This document shows, one piece after another, positions 41,633 through 51,197 of a stretch of 64,000 bases of DNA. The notes below the pieces were generated by a model. The model had not been told where the DNA came from. It saw only the letters and a program-made list of their open reading frames with translations, and made no database searches. The translations under genes and the position numbers were made by a program. Source of the stretch: an uncultured delta proteobacterium (lineage in GTDB: Bacteria > Desulfobacterota > RBG-13-43-22); contig CAWJJC010000020.1 of NCBI GenBank assembly GCA_963843145.1, positions 224,001-288,000 on the forward strand, given 5' to 3'. Position 1 is the stretch's first letter; each line of letters starts with the position of its first letter.

Positions 41633-42814
41633 TTAAAGCAGCGTTGCCGGACGTACGGCTTGGGAGCCGAATTTTTCCTGAATGACGTCCAAGGCCTGGT
41701 TGAGATGATTGCCGGACGCCGGGCGGTCTTCGGAATTAAAAATGGAAAGCTGCTGACTCTGATCTGGGCGGTCCGGGTGGGAAACGGATATTCCCAATAG
41801 ACGGATGGGCCGGCGGCCGGCCTCGGTTTTGGACAGCAACTCACAAACCTGTCGATAAACGGTCCGTCCGTCGTTGGTGGTTTCCGGCAAGGTCAGGGAC
41901 CGGGTGATTTGCCGGAAATCCTGGTACTTCACTTTCAGCGTAATGGTTCGGCCGGCAAAACCGCAGCGGCGCATCCGCCGAGTCACTCGCTGGGCCAAAG
42001 ATAAGAGGGCTTTTTTTAAAACGTCCAGCTCCAGCAAGTCCAGGTCGAAGGTCTCTTCCTGGCCCACGGATTTAATCTCGTGGTCCGTTTGAACCTCCCG
42101 GTCATCAATTCCCCGAGCCAGTTCATACAGGTGGCGGCCATGTTCCCCGAATTTTTTCTCCAACAGGGATAGGGGCAAACGGCTCAGGTCTCCGATGGTC
42201 ATCACGTTAAACAAAGCTAAGACGTTTCGGGTGGCCTCTCCCACCCCCCAGAGCCTGCCGATCGGCAAGGGGTCCAAGAACGCCCGGACCCCCTCAGGGG
42301 GTACCACGGTCAGGCCGTCCGGTTTGTGGAGCGCTGAGGCGATCTTGGCCAGGAACTTGTTCGGGGCCACTCCGGCCGACAGGCTCAGACCGGTATTCTC
42401 TCGGATTAGCGCTTTAATCTTTCGGGCCATCTCTTCCGGAGGCCCAAAAAGCCGAGTGGAGGCGGTGATGTCCAGAAAGGCCTCATCAATGGACAACGGT
42501 TCGACCAGGGGAGTGAAAAAACGAAAAAGGGAAAAGATTTGCTTAGAGATTTCCTGGTAGCGTGTCATGCGGACCGGAAGAAATACCCCCTGGGGGCAGA
42601 GGCGACGGGCAGTGGCTATGGGCTGCGCCGAATGGACACCAAAGGCCCGGGCCTCATAGGAGGCCGCCGAGACCACGCCCCTCCGATAATCCCCCCCCAC
42701 GATTACCGGCCTCCCTTTTAGCGAAGGATCGTCCAGCATCTCCACGGAGGCATAGAAGGCATCCATATCCAAATGGACAATTCGGCGACTTTTGCCGGCG
42801 ACTTCCTGAAGCAC
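41633..42814 (-). CDS. dinB: DNA polymerase IV
   Basis: HLDMDAFYASVE, SYEARAFGV, SIDEAFLD, KPDG. Confidence 0.95.
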   Translation of the reverse strand: MLQEVAGKSRRIVHLDMDAFYASVEMLDDPSLKGRPVIVGGDYRRGVVSAASYEARAFGVHSAQPIATARRLCPQGVFLPVRMTRYQEISKQIFSLFRFFTPLVEPLSIDEAFLDITASTRLFGPPEEMARKIKALIRENTGLSLSAGVAPNKFLAKIASALHKPDGLTVVPPEGVRAFLDPLPIGRLWGVGEATRNVLALFNVMTIGDLSRLPLSLLEKKFGEHGRHLYELARGIDDREVQTDHEIKSVGQEETFDLDLLELDVLKKALLSLAQRVTRRMRRCGFAGRTITLKVKYQDFRQITRSLTLPETTNDGRTVYRQVCELLSKTEAGRRPIRLLGISVSHPDRPDQSQQLSIFNSEDRPASGNHLNQALDVIQEKFGSQAVRPATLL

Positions 42815-42857
42815 GATTACGCTGGCCTTTCGAAGAAGAAATCAAAACGGGCTGCGG

Positions 42858-43508
42858 TTATTTTTTATCGGGTACCAGAAAAACCCGAAAATCGGAAGTG
42901 CGAAAAAGATCCCGGATTGTTTTTTCCAGGAGAGTATTCAACACCATCTGGCTGCTCGGGGTAAAGGTGTCCGGGCTGAAGGGGATGCGCTCCTCCCGAT
43001 GCCCGATTTTCTTGCTCCAGATCGTATCTCCGGTGGAAGGCCGGATGATAAAGGCTTCGATCTCCACATCGGCCACAAAACGTACTTTTTGATGGGCAAA
43101 AAAATGGGAAATCGCCCCCCCGACTAAATAATCTACCTGGGTATACGGTATTTTTTTTAAGAGCGTCCGAATATCATGGCGGCCGATCTGGATGGTATAG
43201 ATCTCATCGCTGCTGAGTTCATACCCGCTGGCCTCGATCTCTTTTTTTACCGATCGGGTAACCATTTGCGAAATACTGGCGGCCCCTACCAGCTTCTCCC
43301 CATATAAACTGGCCTGCCCCACCCACTGGTTATCTTCCTGTCCGTTCCAGGTAGTATCTTCAAAGGGCAGCACCGCCACCCGGACCGGTTTACTCGGCTT
43401 CGGCGATGCCTTTCCGGGGAGGTATTCCAGTTCCACCGTCCGGGTCATGATGCAGCCAACCAGCAACAAAGGCAATAAACTCCACCAGGGGAAACGGTGG
43501 CTCTTCAT
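42858..43508 (-). CDS. Putative lipoprotein
   Basis: LLVGC lipobox; RVAVLPFED motif like CsgG/YajG-type lipoproteins. Confidence 0.7.
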   Translation of the reverse strand: MKSHRFPWWSLLPLLLVGCIMTRTVELEYLPGKASPKPSKPVRVAVLPFEDTTWNGQEDNQWVGQASLYGEKLVGAASISQMVTRSVKKEIEASGYELSSDEIYTIQIGRHDIRTLLKKIPYTQVDYLVGGAISHFFAHQKVRFVADVEIEAFIIRPSTGDTIWSKKIGHREERIPFSPDTFTPSSQMVLNTLLEKTIRDLFRTSDFRVFLVPDKK

Positions 43509-44870
43509 CTAAACCTCCTTTGGGGACTGTTCCTCCCAGGCCTTATCGGCTAAAAGGCCATAGGCCTCGGCGAAACGATCCATGGCCGGGGCCAGGTCGG
43601 TAAACAGGGCCTCGGCTCCGGGATGGGTAAAATGGGCGCCGGTCTCCAAGGCCAGGCGGCGGCCCAATTCGGGTTTGTCCACCAGCAGACAGGGACGGAG
43701 CAAATTTTCATGCACCGGCTGTTCGGAACGAATGCCTTTAAACAGGGGAGAGTTCAAGGCCACCTTTAAAGACGTCTCCTTGATATTGTGCGTGGCGAAA
43801 TGGCAGAAGACGCAGGGCTCCACATCCCCATTAGCGTTTATGTGAAAATATTTGCGGCCCCCGGAAATACAGCCGCCGACCACCGGACCATCGTTCCAGA
43901 AATCACCGACCAGAATCGGCTTAGCGGCCCGAACCCGGGTCAACCAGCTCCTCAGACCGTCCCGCTGGTCGGGGCTGGGCATCAACTCGACCTGCGGCTC
44001 CCGGCCGACCGGAACGTACATGAAATACCAGCCCAACAGGCATCCCTGTTCGATCAGGAAATCGATAAAGGCCTCGCTGGTGAGGGTTTCATGATTTCTG
44101 CTGGTTTGGGTGGCGGAAAATCCGAAAATAATCCCGGCCTCCTTCAAATACTTCATGGCCCGCACGACCCGGTCGAAATGACCCGGTCCCCGACGTCGGT
44201 CGGTATCTTCCTGGAAACCCTCGAGGCTGATGGCCGGGATGATATTCCCGCACCGGGCTATCCGCTCCGCCAGGGCCTGGTCTATCAATCCACCGTGGGT
44301 ATAGATATGAAAAATCATATCCCGGTGTTGTTCAAAAATATCAAAAATATCCTTCTTGAAAAAAGGTTCTCCCCCCGAAACCACGCAAAAATACATGCCC
44401 ATTTCCTTGGCCTCGTCCAGGGCTCGGTGAATGGTCTCCAGGGACAATTCCGCCTCCCGGGTGTAGCTGCCGGCATAACACCCGAAGCAGCGGAGATTGC
44501 ATTGCATGGTCGGGCTGATGACCAAAAAAGCGGGAGGATAGAATCCGCCCTCCTGCTCGGAAAAGGCCTTGCGCCGGTTGGTCCCGACCAGTAACTGGTT
44601 GATGATCAAGGTCTGGATGATGGTTTTTCGGTGGTGGGGATTGGTCCGGTAGAGAATTTTCTTGGTAACTTCCAGGGACGGGTGATCCTGGTCGAATAGA
44701 TCCTGGATCCACTGGATCTTGGACACATAATAATCTTTGCGGGCCAACAGGGTGGCCAGTCGAGCGATCTGGGTGTAGGTCCAGCGGAATTTTTTTTCAT
44801 CCCTGGTGTGCGCCAGGGCCGCCAGCAATAAATTAATACTATTGGCCAGGGCCTGATTTCTCAAGGACAT
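43509..44870 (-). CDS. Radical SAM protein with SPASM/twitch domain
   Basis: CNLRCFGC (CxxxCxxC), SGGEP, GCISGGRKYFHINANGDVEPCVF, RPC. Confidence 0.92.
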   Translation of the reverse strand: MSLRNQALANSINLLLAALAHTRDEKKFRWTYTQIARLATLLARKDYYVSKIQWIQDLFDQDHPSLEVTKKILYRTNPHHRKTIIQTLIINQLLVGTNRRKAFSEQEGGFYPPAFLVISPTMQCNLRCFGCYAGSYTREAELSLETIHRALDEAKEMGMYFCVVSGGEPFFKKDIFDIFEQHRDMIFHIYTHGGLIDQALAERIARCGNIIPAISLEGFQEDTDRRRGPGHFDRVVRAMKYLKEAGIIFGFSATQTSRNHETLTSEAFIDFLIEQGCLLGWYFMYVPVGREPQVELMPSPDQRDGLRSWLTRVRAAKPILVGDFWNDGPVVGGCISGGRKYFHINANGDVEPCVFCHFATHNIKETSLKVALNSPLFKGIRSEQPVHENLLRPCLLVDKPELGRRLALETGAHFTHPGAEALFTDLAPAMDRFAEAYGLLADKAWEEQSPKEV

Positions 44871-44886
44871 CGGTTGTTCCCTTTAA

Positions 44887-45360
44887 TCAAGGCCATAAGC
44901 GCCCGAGGGTTTCTCCCAGTCCCAACAACAGGAGACAGCCGGCCACCGAACCGCCAATTAGGATCGGGTAAGAGGCCCGTTTAGGAATTTTCAGCGAAAA
45001 AGCCATCAGGACGCCGCTCCACATCCCCCCGCCCTTGACCGGCACCAGGGTGATGAGGAATACCCCCAAGCCCTTCCAGGCCGACCAGATCCGCCAGATC
45101 CTGGACTGTTGGACGCCCTCCCGGCGCCGTTCCATCCAGGGTTTGACCCGATGAAGAAAAGACAGCCGCAGGAGTCCCTCGTAGGCCAGATAAAACAAGG
45201 GAATTTGCGCGATATCCAGGAGTACTACCAGGGGAAAAAAGAAGAGCAGGCTCTGACCTAACCACTGAGCGCTCAATAGGGCGGCCGTCCGTCCTCCAAA
45301 GATATAAAGGACAAAGAAATTAACAAAATAATACTCCTTAAGCCAATCCACCCATCCCAT
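44887..45360 (-). CDS. Small membrane protein (COG2426 small multi-drug export-like)
   Basis: GG..A, LVPVKGGGMWSG motif, four TM segments. Confidence 0.65.
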   Translation of the reverse strand: MGWVDWLKEYYFVNFFVLYIFGGRTAALLSAQWLGQSLLFFFPLVVLLDIAQIPLFYLAYEGLLRLSFLHRVKPWMERRREGVQQSRIWRIWSAWKGLGVFLITLVPVKGGGMWSGVLMAFSLKIPKRASYPILIGGSVAGCLLLLGLGETLGRLWP

Positions 45361-45435
45361 GCTTGCTATTCTGCACCCCCAGCCGGTCTTTTATCTTAGA
45401 AGAATGTAGCGCGTTTTGCAATAAGATTTGCTGAC

Positions 45436-45529
45436 GCTTCGCCCTTTTGGGTGGGTGGTCGCAATATAGGGCAGATTAACTTAAAGTCGGGCCTCCTTGG
45501 CCGACGGGTCTCCGAGAAAGGGTTTTCCA
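45436..45529 (+). repeat. Dispersed repeat family A, copy 4 (mosaic)
   Basis: Starts GCTTCGCCCTTTTGGGTGGGTGG like the right end of copy 3, then TGGCCGACGGGTCTCCGAGAAAGGGTTTTCCA. Confidence 0.85.
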
Positions 45530-45648
45530 TATTGGTTTATGGGTTCTAACCCGGCCCCCGTGTTTTCAACTCTTCCTGGAGGCAGGGCCAGCCGGGGAGG
45601 CATCAAAAGACTCTGAGTATGGGCCTGCTATAAATTAAATTAGCGACT

Positions 45649-45748
45649 TAGGCCCGGATTCGAAGTCCGGAGTCCCTTTGGAAAAACCTTTCTCGGAGAC
45701 CCGTCGGCCATACCAGATAGGCGGGGGTACCCACCTGAAAGGGAGAAC
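45649..45748 (-). repeat. Dispersed repeat family A, copy 5
   Basis: Collinear with copy 2; 45679-45710 is a 31/32 inverted match to 45498-45529. Confidence 0.87.
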
Positions 45749-45758
45749 AACCTATTGG

Positions 45759-46991
45759 CTATCCTCTGGTTCGATCCTTCAGCAGCCGTTTCATATCCCG
45801 ATCGTAGAGCAGGGTGAAGAGGGTCAGCACCCGGCCCAGGGCCGGTCCGGGATCGGACCAGGAAAAGAAATCATGGGCCGTATTTTTATCGAAAAACCGA
45901 AAAAAAGAAGGCGTCATTTGAAATCGCCTGGGATTCTTGAAAAAATGGAGGAGGTCTCCCGGGAGTATCCAGCGGCAGCGTTTCCCCAGGGGATACTTCT
46001 GGGCCTCGGGGATCGGCCAATCCCTGGCCAGACAATAGAGCCAATACGGGAAATCCACTCCGGCGTAGACCGCCAGGGGCAGAGAACCCCAAAACCGGGG
46101 ATTGATTTCCATCAGCTTGGGCAACCCGTCCCGGGGGTCGTAGCGAAACTCCACCATGGCCACTCCGAACCAATCCAGTGCCCGAAGGAGAATTTCCGCC
46201 ATTTTTTCGACCTGCGGGTCGGCAATGCTCTCCCGTAAGGTGCTCGGCCCTCCGCTGATCGGATACTCCCGAATTCTCTGGTGGGTAAAGCGGGCTAAGG
46301 GCTCGTGGTCCTTACTGAAAAGAAAGGAAACTCCCACCGCGGCCCCTCCCGGGGGAATGTACTCCTGAATCAAGGGCCAGGGGTAACGGCCATGGACCCG
46401 CTGAAAGGCGGGCCAAAGGTCCTTTCGTTCGCGGACATAAGTAACCCCGGTGGAACCCGATCCCAGGCGAGGTTTAATAACTGCCGGACAGGGTAATTCC
46501 GGCAGCAGGTCCTGCACTTCTTCCAATTGCCTGGGGAAGTAGGTCCGCGGCGTAGGGATCCCTAGCTTCCCGGCTAATTTCAGGACTTCATCCTTCCGCC
46601 GGGCCCGGTCCAGAAAGGCCTCCTCGTGCACCGGCAGGCGGGTATATTTTTCCACCTCTTTTCTGTTTCGGGCCAACAACAGCATGGTCCGTTCTTCCAT
46701 GGGGATCAGCGCCTCATAGGTCCGCCGCCGAAGTTCGCGAACCACCTCTTCCAGAAAAGCCTCAGGTTGGAAATAGGGCGATGGATACACCCAGCGACGA
46801 TCACAAAAACGGGAGAAAAACGTAGTGGCGATCCAGGTGCTTTCCCCCACGGTCACCCGAAGCCCTTTTTTGCCCAAGGATCGAGCCGCGGCCAGGGTCT
46901 TGGCCCAATGGCCGTCGGTCAGCAACACCCGGGGGGGGAGCCTTTTCCGGGTCAGGAAAGAGGTCTTATTGGGGCTTGAAGGAATCCGCAT
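45759..46991 (-). CDS. ATP-grasp domain protein (amide/carboxylate-amine ligase)
   Basis: VIKPRLGSGS, IQEYIP, AMVEFR, MEINPRFWGS. Confidence 0.9.
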   Translation of the reverse strand: MRIPSSPNKTSFLTRKRLPPRVLLTDGHWAKTLAAARSLGKKGLRVTVGESTWIATTFFSRFCDRRWVYPSPYFQPEAFLEEVVRELRRRTYEALIPMEERTMLLLARNRKEVEKYTRLPVHEEAFLDRARRKDEVLKLAGKLGIPTPRTYFPRQLEEVQDLLPELPCPAVIKPRLGSGSTGVTYVRERKDLWPAFQRVHGRYPWPLIQEYIPPGGAAVGVSFLFSKDHEPLARFTHQRIREYPISGGPSTLRESIADPQVEKMAEILLRALDWFGVAMVEFRYDPRDGLPKLMEINPRFWGSLPLAVYAGVDFPYWLYCLARDWPIPEAQKYPLGKRCRWILPGDLLHFFKNPRRFQMTPSFFRFFDKNTAHDFFSWSDPGPALGRVLTLFTLLYDRDMKRLLKDRTRG

Positions 46992-47014
46992 AATATGTTA
47001 AACAACTTATTGTT

Positions 47015-47108
47015 GCTTCGCCCTGTTGGGTGAGTACCCTGAATTGCTGGTCTGGCCGCCTGGGTCTCTTGGAAAGGGTTTTCCAAGGGCCATCCGGACT
47101 TCGAATCC
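47015..47108 (+). repeat. Dispersed repeat family A, copy 6
   Basis: GCTTCGCCCTGTTGGGTGAGTACCC..GGTCTGGCCG..GGGTCTC..GGTTTTCCAAGGG..TCCGGACTTCGAATCC. Confidence 0.85.
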
Positions 47109-47164
47109 TGTTCTAAGATATCAACTTTACCTTACTAAAAATACGCGCTAAGGGGTACCATTTA

Positions 47165-47950
47165 TTGGACCGGGGGCTCTCGGAGACGCTCTTCCCTTAT
47201 TTCCAGTCCGGTGAATTCCGACAGCGGGCCGCCCTGGTGACGGGCGGTTCCCGGGGAATCGGCCGGGCCATCGCTCGGGGTTTGGCGTTGCTGGGAGCGG
47301 ATTTGGTCGTGGGCTACCATCAGGATCGGCCTTCGGCCCTGATCCTGCAAAAAGAGATCTTGGAACAGGGGGGGCATTGCCTTTTGGTTCAAGGCGATGT
47401 CTCGGACCAATCGACCCTGAAGGAAATGGCCGGACAGGCCCTGGATCATTTCGGACGAATCGATATCTTGATCAACAACGCCGGACTGTTGCGGGATAAG
47501 TTGTTTCTCTTCCTCCAGGAAGAGGACTGGGATCGGGTAGTGAACGTGAATCTGAAAGGGGTCTATTGGGGCTGCCAGGCCGTAGTGAAAACCATGATCG
47601 GGCAGCGCTTCGGCCGGATCATCAACCTGACCTCCCCGAGCGCCTTGTTAGGACGGGCCGCGCAGACCAATTACGCCGCCGCCAAAGGAGGCGTAGTCAG
47701 TTTCACCCGCTCCCTGGCCCGTGAGTTGGCCCATAGCTGCATCACGGTTAACGCCCTTTTACCGGGAGTCATTCAAACCGAAATGTTCGCGGGTTTACCG
47801 GAGAAGGTGCAAGAGGAACTGGAGCATCAAATCCCTATGGGGCGACCGGGGAGCCCCGTAGAAGTGGTCGGGGCGGCGCTTTTTCTGGCCTCTCCCCGGT
47901 CCGGGTACATTACCGGTCAAATCATGGCCGTAGACGGAGGATTAACCTGA
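47165..47950 (+). CDS. fabG: 3-oxoacyl-ACP reductase (SDR)
   Basis: TGGSRGIG, NNAG, YAAAK, PGVIQT, VDGG. Confidence 0.85.
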   Translation: MDRGLSETLFPYFQSGEFRQRAALVTGGSRGIGRAIARGLALLGADLVVGYHQDRPSALILQKEILEQGGHCLLVQGDVSDQSTLKEMAGQALDHFGRIDILINNAGLLRDKLFLFLQEEDWDRVVNVNLKGVYWGCQAVVKTMIGQRFGRIINLTSPSALLGRAAQTNYAAAKGGVVSFTRSLARELAHSCITVNALLPGVIQTEMFAGLPEKVQEELEHQIPMGRPGSPVEVVGAALFLASPRSGYITGQIMAVDGGLT

Positions 47951-47958
47951 AAATAATT

Positions 47959-48252
47959 ATGGAAAAATATTCTTTGGAAGATATAGCAGACACTCCGCGG
48001 TTGATGGACTTCCTGCGCCGGATGATCATCGAGTCCTTAAAATTGGAAGACCTGGATCCGGCCGAGATCCAAGAGGACGAACCCTTGTTTGGCGAAGGCC
48101 TGGGACTCGATTCCCTGGACGCCCTGGAATTGGTGGTGGCCATCGAAAAACTCTTCGGGGTGGTCATTGAAAACGAGGACCAGGGGAAGGAGGCCTTTGT
48201 CTCCCTGAGGGCGCTGGCCCTTTATATCCAGCAAGAGGTCGGCCGACCTTGA
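47959..48252 (+). CDS. Acyl carrier protein
   Basis: GLGLDSLDALEL phosphopantetheine site. Confidence 0.92.
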   Translation: MEKYSLEDIADTPRLMDFLRRMIIESLKLEDLDPAEIQEDEPLFGEGLGLDSLDALELVVAIEKLFGVVIENEDQGKEAFVSLRALALYIQQEVGRP

Positions 48253-48680
48253 AACAATGGATTGACGCCGAGGTCAGAGTCCGTTTCGAGGAGGTGGATC
48301 CCTGGCAGATCGTCTGGTATGGACGCTACCTCTCCTATTTTGAGGTGGCCCGGACGGTCCTGATGGAGCAATTCGACCTCCTGGCGGATCGCATTGTCTT
48401 CCTGGGCTATCGGACCCCGATCGTGTCCCTGCACTGCCAATTCAAGGCCCCGGCCCGCTTCAACGACCTCCTGCAGGTCCGCGCCACCGTCAAGGTCCCG
48501 GAGACGGCCTCCCTGACCTTCCTGTTTGAAATCCATCGTCCGCAGGACAAAGCGCTGATTGCCGTGGGAGAGACGACCCATGTGCTCCTGTCGGAGAAAG
48601 GGCAGATGATCTACAAGATCTCCGGGCCGCTTCGGGAACGGATCGACCGGATGGTGGCCTTTTGTAATCCCTCCTCCTGA
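48249..48680 (+). CDS. Acyl-CoA/ACP thioesterase (hotdog, YbgC/4HBT family)
   Basis: VRFEEVD..IVWYGRYLSYFEVAR. Confidence 0.9.
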   Translation: MKQWIDAEVRVRFEEVDPWQIVWYGRYLSYFEVARTVLMEQFDLLADRIVFLGYRTPIVSLHCQFKAPARFNDLLQVRATVKVPETASLTFLFEIHRPQDKALIAVGETTHVLLSEKGQMIYKISGPLRERIDRMVAFCNPSS

Positions 48681-48690
48681 AAGGTGTCCG

Positions 48691-49944
48691 GTGCGTTCTT
48701 TTTTTGCTCTCCTGCGTCTCTCCGCCCTCCAACTGAGGTATTATAAAACACGCTATCTGATCATGGGTCTGCTGCTGGTCCTGGGTTCCGGCTTCTTATT
48801 CATCTCTTTAGCCTATTTGCATTCCATTGAAAAATCCCTGGAGCAAGGGCTCATTACCCGGCTTTCCGGTCACCTGCAGGTCTATCCCCCACAGGTCAAG
48901 GAGATCTCCTTTTATCAGGACCCGACCGGTCAAACCCCCTGGATTCAGGATCCTCGGCCTCTGGAAAAGGGCCTTCAGTCCCTACCCGGCTTATTGGGTT
49001 ATACCCGGAGGATCCTGACCGGGGGATTGATTCAAAAAGGGGAAAAATCCATGGGGGTCCTGATCGCCGGGATGGAAATGGGGAAAGAACAGGCCTTGCG
49101 AAACCGAGTGTCGCCCCGCCTGCCCACGGGCGTCGTCCCTTTATCCGACCAGGAAGTCTTAGTGGGCCGGGGGGTGGCCAAAGTCCTGAAGATCATCCCG
49201 GGCGATCGGATACCCCTGCTGGTGCCCAACGAATCCGGTTTTATCAGCGGTCGACGGTTTCTGGTCAAAGGGCTTTTCAGCACCCCCGGGCTCGACCCCA
49301 TCGCCGAGTTATTTATCTACCTCAATCTATCCGCCCTTCAGCCTTTGCTCGGACTGGACCAAGAAATCGGTCATCTGGTCCTGTTTACTTCCGAGGGAAC
49401 GGATCTGGACCTTTTCAAAGAACAGGTGGCCCGGAAGTTCAAGTCCCTGGGGTTGACGGCCAGTCTGTTCACCTGGGAGGAGGTGGGGCGTCCATTCCTG
49501 GGGATCTTAAGCCTCAGTCGAATCTTTCTGGGCCTGACCAACCTCTTAATCATCCTCATCATTTCCTTGTCCATTACCAATTCCACTTTGATGAGTCTCT
49601 TTGACCGGACGCCGGAATTGGGAACGCTGCTCATTCTGGGGACCCGGCGCGGGGTCCTCTTTCGGCTGCTGTGGGGAGAATTGCTGCTTTTCGGTCTGAT
49701 CACCTTGTCTCTGGGTTTATTGTTAGGCTGGTTCCTGGCTTCCATCCTGGGGCGGGTGGGGATCCCGGCCTTAAACCCGGCCATGGCCATGGCCTTCGGT
49801 CAGGAACGTCTTTATTTCTCAACCGACGGCCGGACCTGGATTCTGGCTTTTTCCATTTCATTGATCACCCTCTTCCTGGCCTCCCTCTGGCCCATCCTCC
49901 GCACCTGCCGGATGAATCCGGCCCAGGTCCTGAAAGAGCGCTAG
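48691..49944 (+). CDS. ABC transporter permease (FtsX/LolE/MacB type)
   Basis: TM, then periplasmic domain (SGHLQV), then 3 TM with RTPELGTLLILG. Confidence 0.88.
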   Translation: MRSFFALLRLSALQLRYYKTRYLIMGLLLVLGSGFLFISLAYLHSIEKSLEQGLITRLSGHLQVYPPQVKEISFYQDPTGQTPWIQDPRPLEKGLQSLPGLLGYTRRILTGGLIQKGEKSMGVLIAGMEMGKEQALRNRVSPRLPTGVVPLSDQEVLVGRGVAKVLKIIPGDRIPLLVPNESGFISGRRFLVKGLFSTPGLDPIAELFIYLNLSALQPLLGLDQEIGHLVLFTSEGTDLDLFKEQVARKFKSLGLTASLFTWEEVGRPFLGILSLSRIFLGLTNLLIILIISLSITNSTLMSLFDRTPELGTLLILGTRRGVLFRLLWGELLLFGLITLSLGLLLGWFLASILGRVGIPALNPAMAMAFGQERLYFSTDGRTWILAFSISLITLFLASLWPILRTCRMNPAQVLKER

Positions 49945-49958
49945 GCGGAAGGTTATCC

Positions 49959-51197
49959 ATGATGAAATTTCTGCTTTTTTTTCAATTGGCTTTTAAAAAT
50001 CTCCGACGCTTTCGCCGGCGGACCCTCTTGGTGGGTTCAACGGTTATCCTCTGCGCCACTGTCCTGGTCTTTAACAATTCCCTGGGCAACGGGATCGAAG
50101 ACCAACTGCTGAAAAACCTGATAGCCTTGCAAACCGGACACCTCCAGTTAACCCCTCTACCGACCGCGACTTCCGGGGCCGCCCCGATCTATTGGCAATC
50201 CGTTCCGCCGGCGCTCCTGGAATTTCTCACTAATCATCCGGACCGGTTAGACTTTCATCCGCGTCTGGAAACGGCGGTGATGATTCAAGCCCGGGGGCAT
50301 ACCATTACCCGGGCTTATCTGATGGGTCTGGAACCGGTCAAGGAATCTCCCTTCCTGGACTCCCTCCTCCCTATCCGGGAAGGCCGCCCTTTCTCGGCCC
50401 TGAAGGCCGGGGCCATTGTGCTGAGTGAAGAATATGCCCGCCGCTTAAACGTTTCCCCCGGGGAAACCGTAACGGTGACTGTTCATACCCCTTCGAGCGG
50501 AACCCGGATAATGGACCTTCGACTTTCCGGCATTTTCAAAAAAACCAGCCCCTGGCAGGAATTTTTTCTGTTCGCCTCTCTCTCCTCGGTACAGGAACTC
50601 ATGGAGGCCCCCGGCCAGGTCAGCTCCCTCAGGGTGGTGTTGAAAGACCCGGGGCGGATAGACCGGATGAAGGCCGAGCTTCAGAAAGTAATCGACCTTC
50701 ATCAGCTTTCCTGGGGGGTGAAGGATTTTCGGGAAACAGGCGGTTTTTCGCTGGGCATTATCCAGGCCAACCATTTTTCCATTTTGCTGATGGATACCCT
50801 GCTGCTGGCCGTTACCGCCATTGGGATCAGCCTGCTGATCCTTTTATCGCTCCAGTTGCGACTGCCCGAGTTGCGGATCTTAAGCCTCCTGGGCACTTCA
50901 CCGGGTTGGATCCGCATCATGGTGCTTCAGGAGGCGCTGCTTTTGGGCCTGATCTTCGGATTCACCGGCGCCTTACTGGGCCTGGGCTTTTCCGCCTATT
51001 TTCATTCCCAGGGGATTACGGTCCATTCCCTGCCCCTCACCTATCTCCTGGGAAGCAGCCAACTGATCCCGGCGATTCGGCCCTTCGGGATCGCCCGAGT
51101 GTTGCTCCTGATCTTAGGCTTATGCGTCCTTTCCGCCTTGATCCCCATCTGGAGCATCCAACGCTACAATCTGGGGAAAAGGAGGCGTTATGCCTAA
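49959..51197 (+). CDS. Second ABC transporter permease (FtsX/LolE type)
   Basis: LAFKNLRRFRRRT, TGHLQL, RLPELRILSLLG; start at ATG 49959. Confidence 0.87.
   Translation: MMKFLLFFQLAFKNLRRFRRRTLLVGSTVILCATVLVFNNSLGNGIEDQLLKNLIALQTGHLQLTPLPTATSGAAPIYWQSVPPALLEFLTNHPDRLDFHPRLETAVMIQARGHTITRAYLMGLEPVKESPFLDSLLPIREGRPFSALKAGAIVLSEEYARRLNVSPGETVTVTVHTPSSGTRIMDLRLSGIFKKTSPWQEFFLFASLSSVQELMEAPGQVSSLRVVLKDPGRIDRMKAELQKVIDLHQLSWGVKDFRETGGFSLGIIQANHFSILLMDTLLLAVTAIGISLLILLSLQLRLPELRILSLLGTSPGWIRIMVLQEALLLGLIFGFTGALLGLGFSAYFHSQGITVHSLPLTYLLGSSQLIPAIRPFGIARVLLLILGLCVLSALIPIWSIQRYNLGKRRRYA

Noticed and set aside
12396-47108. Family A repeats as a CRISPR array or attC integron cassettes
   Set aside because: The copies are dispersed over 35 kb in both orientations, with no regular spacers and no cas or integrase gene.
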